From: Spongospora subterranea f. sp. subterranea
Lineage: Eukaryota
DNA: 64,000 nt
Assembly: GCA_049724395.1 (NCBI GenBank)
Contig: JAUGWO010000085.1
Coordinates: 1-64,000, forward strand
Reading direction: 5' to 3'
Shown here: piece after piece, positions 36,885 to 49,659 of the stretch
Layout: every line of letters starts with the position of its first letter
Numbering within the stretch: the first letter of the stretch is position 1
The notes under the pieces: generated by a model
What the model was told of the DNA's origin: nothing
What the model saw: only the letters and a program-made list of their open reading frames with translations
Database searches by the model: none
Translations under genes and position numbers: made by a program

Positions 36885-37885
36885 AGATAGACCCCAAACA
36901 TTTCTTTATTTAGCTCAGTGTGACCGTACCCACAGGAATTGTAAAAATTATGACCAATATGTCTTAGATTCTTCGTACACATTGGCATAGCCACTTTTAG
37001 AACAGCCTCAGGGCAAACCCTGAACGTCAGATCAGAATGTTTCTTGAGCCACTGCTTTAAAAGTGCAAAACCTTGCTCAATAGGGTTCAACTGTGGCGAA
37101 TAAGGAGGCAGGAACATGAGTTTCGCTCCTGATCTGTGTATGACCTGTTCCAATTCCCGATACATATGGATCTGTGCATTATCTAAGATAACAATGCTCC
37201 TTGGAAGTGGCCACGGATTCAACTTCGGAGCGACGATTTCCAGGAAAGCATCATGGAACTTCTGGCGAGTGAACGTCCCTTCGGTGCATTTCCAAGAGAA
37301 ACATCCCTTTGCATCGAACGCGGCGAAAACAGAGACTCTGTTCCCTCGTTGAAACGGTTGGCGTACCAGAGCTGGCGTGTTGATCCTAGACCATCCATGA
37401 TGACGCAAACAGTCGCGACCGTCTTTGCTCGTTTCGTCCAGGAAAACTAGTTGCTCAGGATATGAATAGATTCGCGAAAGCTTTTGATATAATTCTCTGA
37501 GCTGTTCAGGAACGCTCTCGCGAGCGCGCTTTTCCAGGATTTTTCTGGACCCTTTAAGATCATGACGAAGGGCCCGGCAAATTGTCGCAGACGATATATT
37601 CGTCAGTTCGGGAAATCTGAGAGCCAGCTCCTCTTGGAGTTCTTCAATATAGAAACAGGGATTGTTTACGATGAAGGTGTGCACATAGTCGTAAACCTCG
37701 GTGGGCCATCTGGCAGACCTTTGTCGAACAGCGTCATTAACGACATTACCAGTCCTTTCAAACAGGGCAATCCAACGTTTGATGCTAGTTTTCCCAACAC
37801 CAAGAAGAACGGAGACGTTCTCTATTGATGTAGAATAAACGTAATGCAGAACAATGCATCGCCAACGTAGATCTCGACTCCACAT
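36881..37885 (-). CDS. IS630/Tc1-family DD34E transposase
   Basis: N-terminal HTHs; VFLDETS, VILDNAQIH, LPPYSPQLNPIE with 34 residues between the second D and E; ATG at 37885. Confidence 0.95.
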   Translation of the reverse strand: MWSRDLRWRCIVLHYVYSTSIENVSVLLGVGKTSIKRWIALFERTGNVVNDAVRQRSARWPTEVYDYVHTFIVNNPCFYIEELQEELALRFPELTNISSATICRALRHDLKGSRKILEKRARESVPEQLRELYQKLSRIYSYPEQLVFLDETSKDGRDCLRHHGWSRINTPALVRQPFQRGNRVSVFAAFDAKGCFSWKCTEGTFTRQKFHDAFLEIVAPKLNPWPLPRSIVILDNAQIHMYRELEQVIHRSGAKLMFLPPYSPQLNPIEQGFALLKQWLKKHSDLTFRVCPEAVLKVAMPMCTKNLRHIGHNFYNSCGYGHTELNKEMFGVYL

Positions 37886-39079
37886 CCGTAATACCAATCT
37901 GATCAACCGCCCCGCAGTATTTCTACCGGGTAGGACCAAAGGATTAGTGCAGGTTTTGGGCTAGTTGAACTAGTCCAATCAGAGGGGAAATAGTAAAACA
38001 TTGCAGGCCTGCACGTAATAGGCCGCTCTTTATTCAGAGAAGCAATGTTTTAACCAATTTTGGCAGTCAAACTGTCAAACTAAAAACCACCTCCGGTCAA
38101 ACTAAAACCTTGCTCGGAATTTGGTGACCCCCCTCGGACTTTTTTAAAACCACGCTCATTTAGCACTGGGAGCCCAAAATATATGAAACCCACAATAACA
38201 GATCGTTCTATTGTTTTTCTGCGTCCGCGGGTCGAGAACCACATACCGTATCCTCATTGCGTAACTGGTTTAGAACACATGATGATGATGGTTTACCTGA
38301 AACAGTTATGAGCATGTAAAATGGGATTGGGTGTCATATGCAGTTTTGCGTGATATGGCTCCCAGCTACGATAATCAGTGAAACGGGAAACAGATTCATG
38401 TTTGATGAGCATATTTCACTGAAATACTCTTGAGTTCACTTCGCCGATTGGTATGTCAGCACGGGGCAGCTCCTGATCCCTTTTAATTTCACGGTAAAGC
38501 AGTAACCAGGAGGGCAGATTTCCAGTAGAAATGTCAACATCTGACGCATTCGCCAACTTACTCCTCATAGTAACAGATCATGAGAAGCTGAGGAAAACTA
38601 CCGAATTCTGTAGAACGCCATGGAAAAAAATAATGATAGAACCCTTTTTTTCGACTACCAGCGTTCTTTGCGAACGGATTACATTGTTATGACATTGCAG
38701 AGATCATGTCCTTCCGGTGGACATCCTTTAAGATTATGACACACAGAGAGAGAGACGGATAACTGTGGCGGTATCGGAAAAGGCAGAGAGATATTATGAT
38801 AACACATGGCGGGGGGGGGGCTGCTCATCGCCATCTGTTAAGACTGTTGAAAGAGTGGGGACGTGATTATGATACCGCATGACGAGGCTCACCTTAATCG
38901 GTTAGTGTCCCACACAGGTTGGTTTACGATACAGCATGACGGGAGCCTGTGCTGAGCCTTGGGACCCCTTCCAGTGTTGACGTGACGATGGTCTGACTCT
39001 GTGACGATATCTAGAGCAGGTAGTCACACATTTAAGGCGAATTTCCGCAATACCAATATGAGGTAATCTAGAAATCGTC

Positions 39080-40450
39080 ATGATTGATGGAGGAGAAGGA
39101 GGAGGCAACAGTATTGGGCTAGGTCCTCAACCTCCAACTCATACCCGGCCTCAGATCGTCTCGTTGCTAGATATAGCACCTCAGGATGTACCGGCCGTTG
39201 TATCCGCCGTGACATCAATCGTATCTTTGCAGTGGCCTCAAAAAGCTACGCTCCTGCATATACTGCCTTTAGTGCACGATCCAGATGCAATGTGTCTTAT
39301 CATGCTCCTATCATCAAAGGTTATCGGGTTTGCTAAGCTAATACGTGTCCAACGATCTCATCGGAATCTGGTTGGATTCCTGGCATGCCTGATAATTGAT
39401 AAGGATCACCGTCATCAAGGTTTCGGTGCCTATTTTCTGGATGACGTCGAGCGTCGTGCTGCAGAGTCGATGTATAGCCGCATTTATTTATCAGCTGAAT
39501 TATCACCAATATTTTTCTCTGTGTCTGGGTATACACCATGCCCTTTAGTTCGTGACATTTTACATTCTCGGATAGTTACCTCAAGCATGCAACACTATCT
39601 CGCTCAAGCATCATCTAAAGTAGAATTGGGTGAGAAGCAATCCTGGGCGACCAAAGCGTTAATTGAAGAAAGGCCCATCGTTAATAGCAATTATGATTGG
39701 TGGTGGTCGCGCTTGCCATTTCATCTGAATGCATCCACAAGTTATTTGATGTTTGTCCATTATCTGCCATGGAGTTCGCAAATTGGTCCCTCATGTGGTC
39801 TATCTGCCCTACGTATGTCCTGCCTAGCATCATGTGCAAGGTTTCACGGTTCTGTCGTTGATGGAAAGTATAATGCCATGAAGGTGCAGGAAACTACAGA
39901 TTTCATTGCAAAATGCGCACCCTTCCAATCGATAAAAAGCGGAATCGAGACATTCGATATTTTCGAAGATCCGCCAAATATCAATCGGCGAATTTCGTTG
40001 CTCCAGACAGCGATTAAACTCAAATTCACCTGGATCGGAGAAATGTTCAACGCTTTGCATCTGGCATGTTTGGCGAAAAGTTACTGTGGTCTCAACGTTC
40101 AAGTGCATAAGGGAACATTCACCAAACGAGATATCCTTAACCACATAATTAACCGGAAAAACATCATCTTAGCGTACGACAGAGGACCGAACCATCAACC
40201 AATTCTGAATGGTGGAAACTCTGCACATTGGGCGATTATCACCGGAATCTTAATCAATATGGACACGAACCACATAGATGTCATCCTGCAGCATGGTTTG
40301 AGCCATTATCCATTGGTTGTTAAAGCTGATCTACTATTGGAATCAAACAAACAGTTGACCGGTCCAATATCAAGCGCGTCCTGTTACCGGATTGGATCAG
40401 AGGGCATTCAGCTTGCACAATATTTCTTGGTAATGGATGCAGTTGCCTGA
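39080..40450 (+). CDS. GNAT (NAA80-like) / ACTMAP-like cysteine protease fusion protein
   Basis: aa ~25-195: QWP, VIGFAKL, HRHQGFG acetyl-CoA motif, FF..SGY, WATK. aa ~230-450: QIGPSCGL.AL.M, GEMFNA..LA, AYD...NHQP, SAHWA, HGLS, ESNKQL. Confidence 0.85.
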   Translation: MIDGGEGGGNSIGLGPQPPTHTRPQIVSLLDIAPQDVPAVVSAVTSIVSLQWPQKATLLHILPLVHDPDAMCLIMLLSSKVIGFAKLIRVQRSHRNLVGFLACLIIDKDHRHQGFGAYFLDDVERRAAESMYSRIYLSAELSPIFFSVSGYTPCPLVRDILHSRIVTSSMQHYLAQASSKVELGEKQSWATKALIEERPIVNSNYDWWWSRLPFHLNASTSYLMFVHYLPWSSQIGPSCGLSALRMSCLASCARFHGSVVDGKYNAMKVQETTDFIAKCAPFQSIKSGIETFDIFEDPPNINRRISLLQTAIKLKFTWIGEMFNALHLACLAKSYCGLNVQVHKGTFTKRDILNHIINRKNIILAYDRGPNHQPILNGGNSAHWAIITGILINMDTNHIDVILQHGLSHYPLVVKADLLLESNKQLTGPISSASCYRIGSEGIQLAQYFLVMDAVA

Positions 40451-40619
40451 TAGCGCATCACCACATGCATTTTCGATCATGAAATTCGATAGATTTCAAA
40501 CCAAAGATATCTTCCCGTCGCACGAGAAGACGAAACTGGCAATAGGTGATGAAATTGCACCAGCAGCTTTGACTACTGCATTCATCTTGTAGAGCGGGTG
40601 TTCAATTTTTGGGAAATAT

Positions 40620-41482
40620 TTATTGGGGCAGTGCATTAGGATTAAGAACTCCAATGAAGGGAAGACATCGATATTCCCGATCGAGGTCCCTAATGTGATG
40701 CAGTCAGGATTCGTTTTCTATTCGAGATTACTACACATTGCTTACATTCCATATCCTACTACAAATTCATCTGGGCATTCCCAGCCTATATAATCAACAT
40801 TAACATCCGAGACGCGTTTCACCTGAGTTTCAATCAATATCCATAATATAAACAAGGGTGTGTTGAGGCACCTTCTTATCAAGTAGGCATGCAATCCGAA
40901 TAGATTTGGCCTTTTTATGTGCCAGATGATTCTGAAGCCACAACAAAGTGGCCCCGGTATCAATCAAATCTTCAATGATGAGAACATGTCGACCTTCTGT
41001 ATCAATAGAGATGTCTTTCTTGAGCAATACCTAGGCAGGAGATGTTACTATCGACAATGGGGATGCTTTGAAAATACTACATTGCCTGTGCTGTTGGTAC
41101 CATGGTATGAAGATAACGCCATAAAATCCAGTTCATATGCGATCGTCAAATGGCGAAGTAAATCAGAAGCAAATAATACTGCCCCATTGAGTAGACCGAT
41201 GGCAATAATTTTCTCGCCGACATAATCTAACAGATTTCAAACAAAGAACCTGTCTTATACAAAAATATTGCACAGACCTTGGCTGATCTGAATTGCCATC
41301 TGTTTGACTCGTGACTGGATTTCAGCTCCAGTCCAAAGAACCTTGTCAAGGTTTCTAGACCATTCGGGAGGACATGGTTCTATGCTTTTCCAATGATAAG
41401 TATTTCCATGGCATGCATCAGTAGATGACCTACAGCTGTAGCTTTTCCTCTGGTGATAATTCGGAAGTATCGGTACCGTCAT
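40620..41482 (-). CDS. HPRT: Hypoxanthine-guanine phosphoribosyltransferase, multi-exon
   Basis: GLLNGA..F.SDL, LDFM..SSY, VLIIEDLIDTGATL (PRPP loop), LLDK, EFVVGYGMD, YRCLPFIGVL. Confidence 0.95.
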
Positions 41483-42162
41483 CGGGTATCGGTACCAAGA
41501 GAGGTAGTCTGCATTTTAGAATATTGGAGAAATCGTGCAAAGCTGAAAAAAACACTTTATCGACGGCAAGGCGCTGTGGTTGCCTGGGCGTTGACTGCTG
41601 CATTTACAGAAATTGCACAAGCGATTATTATCTGCCGAGAAAGCAGGGAAACGGCCGATGCTGATCCAAATGAAACGCCGAAGATGTGCGTTGGTGTGAC
41701 GTCGTTCGGAGATCCGGAAGGGGGGAGGCAGCCCGGGTTGACTGCACTCTGGCCACTGCCTCCAATGGGCTCTACCCAACGTCCTCTGCGAAGGAACCTC
41801 ACCCTAAACACTCTTATCCCCGTTACTCTATCCAGTCACTACAGTAACAACTATGTAACGTCCTGCCAATGATACCACTCTGTCACTTTTCGTTTTCTAT
41901 TATCGTTAGCGACTCTGTTTAGTTACCACTCTGGGCATTAACGTTTTCTGCCATTGTAATGGCCCTGTTTATGAATACAAAAAATTAATTTCCTGGATAA
42001 AACCCAAATCTCGTGGCGATATTTCCCAGCAATCAACGAATAAGTACATGAATTTGGGTGAGGAATATACCGAGAGTCACAGGAGATGGGCTGGGGATAA
42101 ATCAACTAGCTGTGATCGAGACAGGATCAGGGGCAGCCAACCAGGGAGACAGACGAGGGGAT

Positions 42163-43649
42163 ATGAGCAGCGATCAGCGAGATGATGGGAGACGGCGGGG
42201 ATCGGATACCACCGTATGGCCCGACGGATCCACGTTGGCGCTGATGGATGAGGTTATCGACAAATTAAAGCTCCTCGACTACGAGACGACGTTCTGCGCG
42301 GTGAAGGCGTTTCCTCCTATTGATCGAATATTATTCACGATCCCATCTCGAATATCTCCATTCCCGTATTTCTCGGCTCTTGTCTCGTGGGCCCTGAAAC
42401 TGGCCAAGGTCGAGTTCGTGGACTGGGAATTCGATGATCCATCCACGACCTGCACCAATATGGTAATTGAGGTCACTAAATTAGGGTTCGTAGCTGATTT
42501 CCCTGCTGCTAAAGTAATTCTTCACAATTGACCTGTCTCATGATATTGACTATATCCTGTTTGTAGCTAAAGCCAGGTCTTGGAGTTCACGTCCTCACTC
42601 TGTTGCGTTTCGTTCTGGACAGAGCTCTTCGTGTCAAAGGCGTCCGCCTGATGAAACCGAGCTACGATCTGGGGAATACAGGAGATGTGGTTGAGGAGGT
42701 GATCGCGACCTGATATACGGGAGCCATCATTGTTGAGGATCTGATGGGTTTCACAGGGCAACGATGATGTGGTTGATGAGGATATCGGCGAAAGAGGTGT
42801 TGGTGGGGCGCCCGATGAGGATCAGGATGATATGGTGGGGGGCGACGATTTAGAGTATGATGAGTTATATTGTAATGAGAGTGGGCAATATGATGGGGGT
42901 GATGATAAAGCAGTAGCGCCATCGGCAATGATGGAGTCGTCTGTGCGGATATTGATATCGTCATTCGTTGTGGTCAGATTTTGAGTTAATTTGGATATAC
43001 ACAGGTAGATCCGACGGAATGGAAATTAGAGCTAGAAAGGGTGGCACCATTGCTGAAGGTGAAGATGTCGGGGAGTGCCAAGGAATGGAGAACCCATCTT
43101 GATTCGATCCTGAAGCACCATTCGCTGATCTGCGACATATTCCCGGATATCGACCAGCAATTGGGGAAGATCGGGTCGCAGTTCACTGAGATATCGCAAA
43201 GGATAACGGCACAGGAACGGCATATCCAGGAGAAATTCACACATCTTGGGGCAGAGTTCAAAGAGAAACAAGCTCAGGTATTGGGATTGGATGGGATTTG
43301 GATGAGAAAGGTCTGGTGAAGATCTGACCACAATCAGATCGATTCGATCACCGGAGAATGTGGTAAACTATCTGGGGATGTCGCCTCAATGAGCGAGTCC
43401 TTAGCGATGAAGGTCGACGAACTGGAGACGATGAAGAAGCAGCTCGATTCTCGCAGCGATTCCATGACCGATACCAGTCCATTGCGACGGATCCGGGGCG
43501 CCCTGATCGAGCTGCGGGCCGAGATCAAACGGATGGAGCTGCACATTGGTATCCTACGCCATACTCTATTGAATGAGAACTTGGCGATATCAAAGAAGAC
43601 GGGATCGGACTATCTACACCATGGGGTGTTAACAGCCCCCATTCGTTAA
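42163..43649 (+). CDS. IFT57: Intraflagellar transport protein 57 (Hippi), multi-exon
   Basis: DKLKLLDYE, FDDP, KLKPG.G, EWKLELERVAPLLKV, EWRTHL, MTDTSPL..I..A...L..EI..M...IGIL. Confidence 0.93.
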
Positions 43650-43843
43650 CCAAAATAAACCGCCTTCGAATCCGTAAGAGAATCAGTTCCAGGGGCGTGA
43701 TGGGATTCCCTCGAGGGATTTCTGCACAATAACGGGTTTGAACAGGAGTGCTTGTGCTGGATTCGCGTGCCCATCCAGCTCGACCGTTTCAGGGCTTGGT
43801 TGGGGGCCAGTAGGGGGGATAAGGCCATTTGCTTTGTGGGGAT

Positions 43844-46800
43844 ATGTCTGGGGTAATATCATCCCCAACTGGCATAGTACCAGAACGACACAATTACCGC
43901 CTGTCCGGTCACGATGAACATCAGATCCATATCGGGAACGGGTCACCGGATCCGGATGAGGTGTCGAGGCGGCCAATACCCGAGACCGTATATGCGGTCG
44001 ACGAGAGCGATCCAGACGAGGACCAGACAGAACAGGATCGGGTGGAGGCCACGAGTGGATTAGACCATTGCTTGCGTCGTGTGGATGGTCGTCCTCATCA
44101 ATATTCCGTGGTCGGGTGTAATTCCCCAGTACTATGGCGATCTCAATCCCCAGCTCTCCTGTTCAAGGGCATCACCATATCGATTGTCGTCACGATGTAT
44201 AACGAGTCCAGGTATGGATCTCGTCATCTGAAACCGCTCCATCCTGATCAAGTATCGATCAGCGATGACCTATTACTCACATTACGAGGGATTTGTAAAT
44301 GCGTCAAATTCATGTGCAAAAAAACGGGCGATCCGGAATTATGGAGGAGGATATCAGTGACGATTGTGGTTGATGGACGTGAGAAATTATCAGATTCGGT
44401 CCAGGAATCGTGCAGATTACTGAACATGACGGATCCGTTGACGATGGAGAAACTGGCCAAATCCAACCCGAACATCGCTCTGCACCTGTTCGAATGCGCT
44501 CCATCGTTTGCAGACGAAGGGGACAAAACGGCGTATCCACCAATACAGATAATATGGGCGATAAAAGAGCAGAATTGTGGGAAGATCAACAGGTGCTCAA
44601 TCGATGTCGGAAAGTTGAAAACGCAATATCGTGTTGAACAGTTGATGTTGCTGTGTTCAGCCATTGGTGGTATTTCGAAGGAATCGCTCATATACAGGCG
44701 CCAAAGTACTGCTTCCTGGTCGATATCGGAACGAAACCGCGGCGATCGAGCTTCTACTGGTTCTGGAGACATCTGACGATGGATGAATCTGTAGGTGGTG
44801 TGTGTGGACAGATAACCACAATCGATAAAGGGTTATCATTATGCAATCCGATTATTGGATCACAGCATTTTGAGTACAAGGTCAGTCCGCAATTAGCCGT
44901 GTTTTCGTCTATTGTTAATCAGATTGATTCATCAGCAAATATGGCACAGTTTCATCTGGGGGTTCTCATGTGCTGGTTTTGTGGGATTTACCGATTGGTT
45001 ACCTGTGAAGTGATTTTATTGGATGATTTAGGTCGCGTCTGTATTGGATAAATCATTCGAATCGGTTCTTGGGTATATGGCCGTACTGCCAGGCGCCTTC
45101 TCGGCCTATCGATATTCGGCAATCATTGGTCAGCCGCTTCGTGCGTACTTCCATCAGCTGTTCGTGTCTGATGTTGACCTGGACCCGTTCGTGACGAACA
45201 TGATGCTGGCCGAGGATCGGGTCCTGTGCTATGAGGTAATCCATCACATGTCGCATGCCGATTGATCAATCTCATCGCCCATCGCCATTACAGCTGATCG
45301 CAAAGAAAAACGCCTGTCATGTTCTGCACTATTTGAACTCGGCCATCGCCGAGACCGATGTGCCCGATACATTGGGGAAACTCATCAAACAGAGGCGACG
45401 ATGGCTGAACGGCTCGTTCTTCGCCCTGATTCACACGCTTCGCCATTACAACTCCTTCTACAATCAGACGAGTCATCGACCATTGAGGAAGGCGGCCATT
45501 ACCTTTGAGTTCATCTACTTCACTATCGCCGTTATCGTCCAATGGTTTACAATTGGGCTATTCGGTCTCATCAACGTCTTCGTTCTGTCGGAATTTAAAG
45601 TGAACCCCGTCTACATCTATATCATTAGCGGTATCTACATTGGGTTCGTACTGGGCCAGATCGTGTTGGCGATCAAGAACGACCCAATCGGTCTGTCGAC
45701 ATGGTATTCCCTCAGCAGCTTCAGCATCGGTGCCTGTTTCATCGCGCTGAGTATCCTGACCATCTGCCTGTCGTGGAGCCAGATCCGGTCGGCAGACCCA
45801 CTGGTGCTCGTAACGGTATGTGCCCAACTCCACCCTGGGACTGACTGCCCATCCTACTGCCGAACCAGGGTCTATGGGCCGTCGCCAATCTCACAGTGGT
45901 GCTCATAGACCCCGGTTTGGGCGTCCTCAACGTTTATAGTGGCACTGACACCCCGTTTCTTGTTTCGCTCAGCTGTTTCTTTCGTTCGGCACATATCTCC
46001 TGGCTGCATTGCTTCATGGGAGCCTGTCAACCCTGATTACATCATTCATAGCATATATCTATATGATGCCTACATTCCTGATCATACTGCCCATATTTGC
46101 CTTCACAAATGTTAATGATGTGTCCTGGGGAACGAAAAACCGTAATTCTCTGTGGGTTTTCGGTTCGATCGGCCAACGATGATTTCTTGATAGTCAACAC
46201 TGCCGCATTCGAAAACCAAAATACGACAGAAAGCGTCAGATCACAAGTGGCGATGAGGTTTCATCTGTTCAGGCTGAAGCTGTTATTTTTATGGTTGTCG
46301 TCCAACGTAATACCTATTCTAATCACCAGATCTGGCACGATTTTAACCTGTCTGATCCCCATTGAATTGTTGTTTTTGGTAATATGTCAGGTCGGTATTG
46401 CCGTCCTATCTGTGTATTATCAAATTGGCCATATATTCCTATACCTAATCCTAGCTGTATTAGTATTCCTCAACGGGTAAAATAGCTCAACGCTATTCCA
46501 CGACCGCTGACCTCACCCCGGTTTCCTCAGGTCTCGCTTCATTGGATCGCTCGTCTATCTATTCGGCCATAACGCCAGTCCTTCAATGATGGTGAAGATG
46601 ATCCTGGCGCCAATCCGTCCCAATGTCTGGCTATCGCTAGTCAAGCTACCGTTCTCGGTCATCATATCATCTATTGGACTCATTGTTGTCATGTTCTCGT
46701 TTTTCTGTCCGATATCCCCATTACTATCGGGTTTAGCTCGCCTGGATATATGGTTTAGCCATCTGGGCACATCGTCATCAAAATATGCTGTCAAGACCTT

Positions 46801-47086
46801 CATACCAACAGCAACTTTACAAAGATATTTCGGCACAATTCGATTGATGATCACATTGAGCGCGTTCATTGTTATCGCATTGATCACGCTCATGATTGTA
46901 TCCATGAATCGTTCGTTGGCGCCTTGGAATTTCTGCCCATCGGCACTGCCTTGGTGCAATCCCGATATCAATCTGCCCTCCAAGTGGACCATCATCAGTA
47001 TTCTGATACTGTTGGGCTGTAATATCGGATATGGAGCAGAATTCGCAACGCGAAGGGTCTTACAGAAGATTGCCTGTCAATCATAG
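43844..47086 (+). CDS. CHS: Chitin synthase (GT2), multi-exon
   Basis: [67 protein letters not shown] helices. Confidence 0.97.
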
Positions 47087-47365
47087 ATGTCTTTGGACAA
47101 TGTGACGAATACACGATGACGATTAATCCGATTGATGTGTGATATTGAACAGACACGATAATCGGTCAATATCATGACCGATTTCAGGATTCCGATCATA
47201 CTTTAATCAACTTTTCATACGAGGATATACCTTATCAGTTCTGTTAGTGAATCAGGTTGGAATATAATATAATGTTGGTGAAGATATCTGAAGCGGGAAC
47301 GATGCTCACGCCTGCCACAAAGGGCGCAGGTTATAGTATCAGAGGCAACAGAGCAATTAACCCAG

Positions 47366-48187
47366 GTGGTTGAGGAGCTTAATGACTTACTAATGGAAGC
47401 CGGAGCGATTGTGGGGCCTGAACAGACAACAAGCGGGACAGATCTCGGCGACAATGTTGAGACAACTTGTGTTGTTTCTGAGGGCGGCGACGATGCCGGC
47501 CAGACCGAAAATGGCCCGGTGGCCTCAATGCAACAGACTAGTAATGGGTTCAAAGTTGGTGGCATGAGCCTGATGGCGATAGGAGGGGTGACAGTTGTAA
47601 TTGGACTGATCGGCACTGGTCTATACCTGTATCGTAATGAGGTCTGTGGGGCACTGGGTGTAACGATACCAGGGGTCCATGACCTGTCAGGATCCACCAC
47701 AGCGATCGCCGACCAGCTAATGCCCGACGGTGTTGGCGATCTGGGGGAGTCCATCACCATCACCGATCGGCTGGCGGCGGCGGCCACGTTCTCTGCCAAC
47801 TTGGTGCTGTCGTCGGTTGTCACCAGTATCGGCGAGAAGACCAGAGATCTACTGGATGTGGAAGGATATATAGAGCAAGCGCAAGTCGCGCTGATTGAGG
47901 TGGTTGGAGATCCTTTGGAGGCGATTCAGGATGCAGTTCAGGATCAGGTTCAGCAGGCTCAGCAAGCCATTATAGAACAGGTCGACACAGCCAAATCGGC
48001 ATTGGTGGAGCAAGTCAGTGCAGGCGCAGATCAATTGATGGGCGATATAAACCCAACGGAAGATGGGTTATTGTCGACCATGGCCCAGGTCATGGAAAAG
48101 CCTCAAGACGAGCCAGTTGGCCAAATTACTGATGGTGAAACCGATAGATCTGATATTGATGTGGAAGCTCCACATGACAGTCTGTGA
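47366..48187 (+). CDS. Acidic low-complexity membrane protein of unknown function (5' end unresolved)
   Basis: 273-aa ORF with a hydrophobic segment LMAIGGVTVVIGLIGTGLYLY and amphipathic A/Q/E/V helices. Confidence 0.6.
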   Translation: MVEELNDLLMEAGAIVGPEQTTSGTDLGDNVETTCVVSEGGDDAGQTENGPVASMQQTSNGFKVGGMSLMAIGGVTVVIGLIGTGLYLYRNEVCGALGVTIPGVHDLSGSTTAIADQLMPDGVGDLGESITITDRLAAAATFSANLVLSSVVTSIGEKTRDLLDVEGYIEQAQVALIEVVGDPLEAIQDAVQDQVQQAQQAIIEQVDTAKSALVEQVSAGADQLMGDINPTEDGLLSTMAQVMEKPQDEPVGQITDGETDRSDIDVEAPHDSL

Positions 48188-49659
48188 GAGTATATTCACA
48201 ATATCGACCGTCAACTTCAATAAGGCGCCTTAATACAAACATAGCGAGGAATTGGACGTTCTTTGTTTCCGACGTCGGCTATTTTAGGGCAATCACACAT
48301 ATATTACTGTCCGGAGTCCGCGATTGAGGTCCGTCAGTCCCTTGAACCAGTTGACAATTGACACGTTCATAGTCGTGGGGGGAATTCGTGTCATGGTCAA
48401 TATTGCGATTCAACAACTAATGTGGACCTATAGATGGGGATTGACCTTGATTTGCCTGTTCCCCCCGTCTCAATATTTCAGCTTTTGCATTAACTAATGA
48501 AAAATATCTCATGGATGATTGCAATATCGTGGGGTATTCAGTTGGCATCTGCCACCATACTGTCTGCTGTATATTGAGCGGTTTTCGCTTTCATATTCAC
48601 GTGCCCCCACAGTGATCATCCTATATTAAATGCTGTTTACATAGTACCATATTGAGCTTACGTCAGGTTTGTCTGTTTTTCAGCCTGATGTTTGTCCATG
48701 CTTATATGGTCTCCTTCTTCTCCAACATATCGCCTCCAGATTCACGTCTCAAAAATACAGAATCGGAATATATTCACCCCCCTGACGTCGCGTAATTGTT
48801 GTAAACTTTCCTATTATCTAACAATTGTTCATAACATCAATAGAAATACATGTTTCGCTTGGCGAATATAAAATGCAAAACGGGTCTGGGTCAGAATACG
48901 ACGACCGTGGCTGGGACTAAGAGTGTGAACCCGGCAACCAATGCAATGAGAGCATTGCAGAGTTTCTGACCGGGAGTGACACTAGAGATTCATCCCCTAA
49001 TAACTGTGATGTAGGTTTAGTTGATCGCCAATATCAGTATATTTGAAAATAGTTTTGAGATGTCCTCCATTGGCCCAAGCACCAGGAATCCGGTCAAGCG
49101 CTTTTTGCGCTGTCGCAATGGTCTTATCACCCTCAAATCAGAGATTGCCATTATGTATCGGATACAATTATTAAAAATTCACTACAGACCCATTATCAAC
49201 AATTGAAGCTCGATTGGGGCCATTCGCTCGGTATGTCTGCATTCACCTTCTCCGGGTAGGGTTGGATTGTCGAGATGATGATATCCCGTCCAATTGCCTG
49301 CAACAGCACTCGAGACGAAAACTTCACACACGGCACATGTGAAATTCTCATAAACAAGAGCCCGTCTGGCAACATCGGAGTTCTGCCACTTTGCCTTCAA
49401 AACGCCAGAACGGAGCGTTATGTCATTTTGAAAAAATAAAACCGAGGAGTTTTGCAGATTTTGGTGGTCCTGGTACAAACCCCCATAATGGCCAAACTAT
49501 GGCGTCTTGAACATGGAGCTCCGAGGTCTGGTATTTTCAAGTCAAAACGCCATTTAACGGCGTTTGAAATGCACGCCATTCCAAAATGAACCTGAACGTC
49601 CTGGCACGTTGTGTTAGGGTGGGCGGTCAATCACGTCGTGAAGGACCCAAGCCACACTT

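Larger units (their letters stand above)
35378..38201. mobile_element. Two-ORF IS630/Tc1-like DNA transposon
   Basis: 18-bp TIR CTGTTATTGTGG(A/G)TTTCA (left copy split by a MITE; right copy 38184-38201) enclosing two convergent intact ORFs. TSD not resolved. Confidence 0.8.

Noticed and set aside
41795..41815. Telomerase RNA template (ACCCTAAAC) between HPRT and IFT57
   Set aside because: A single 9-mer is expected by chance; no supporting structure or promoter identified.
49182..49478. BED-finger/hAT remnant (FTCAVC...HHL)
   Set aside because: Only a weak motif; no catalytic domain or termini found.
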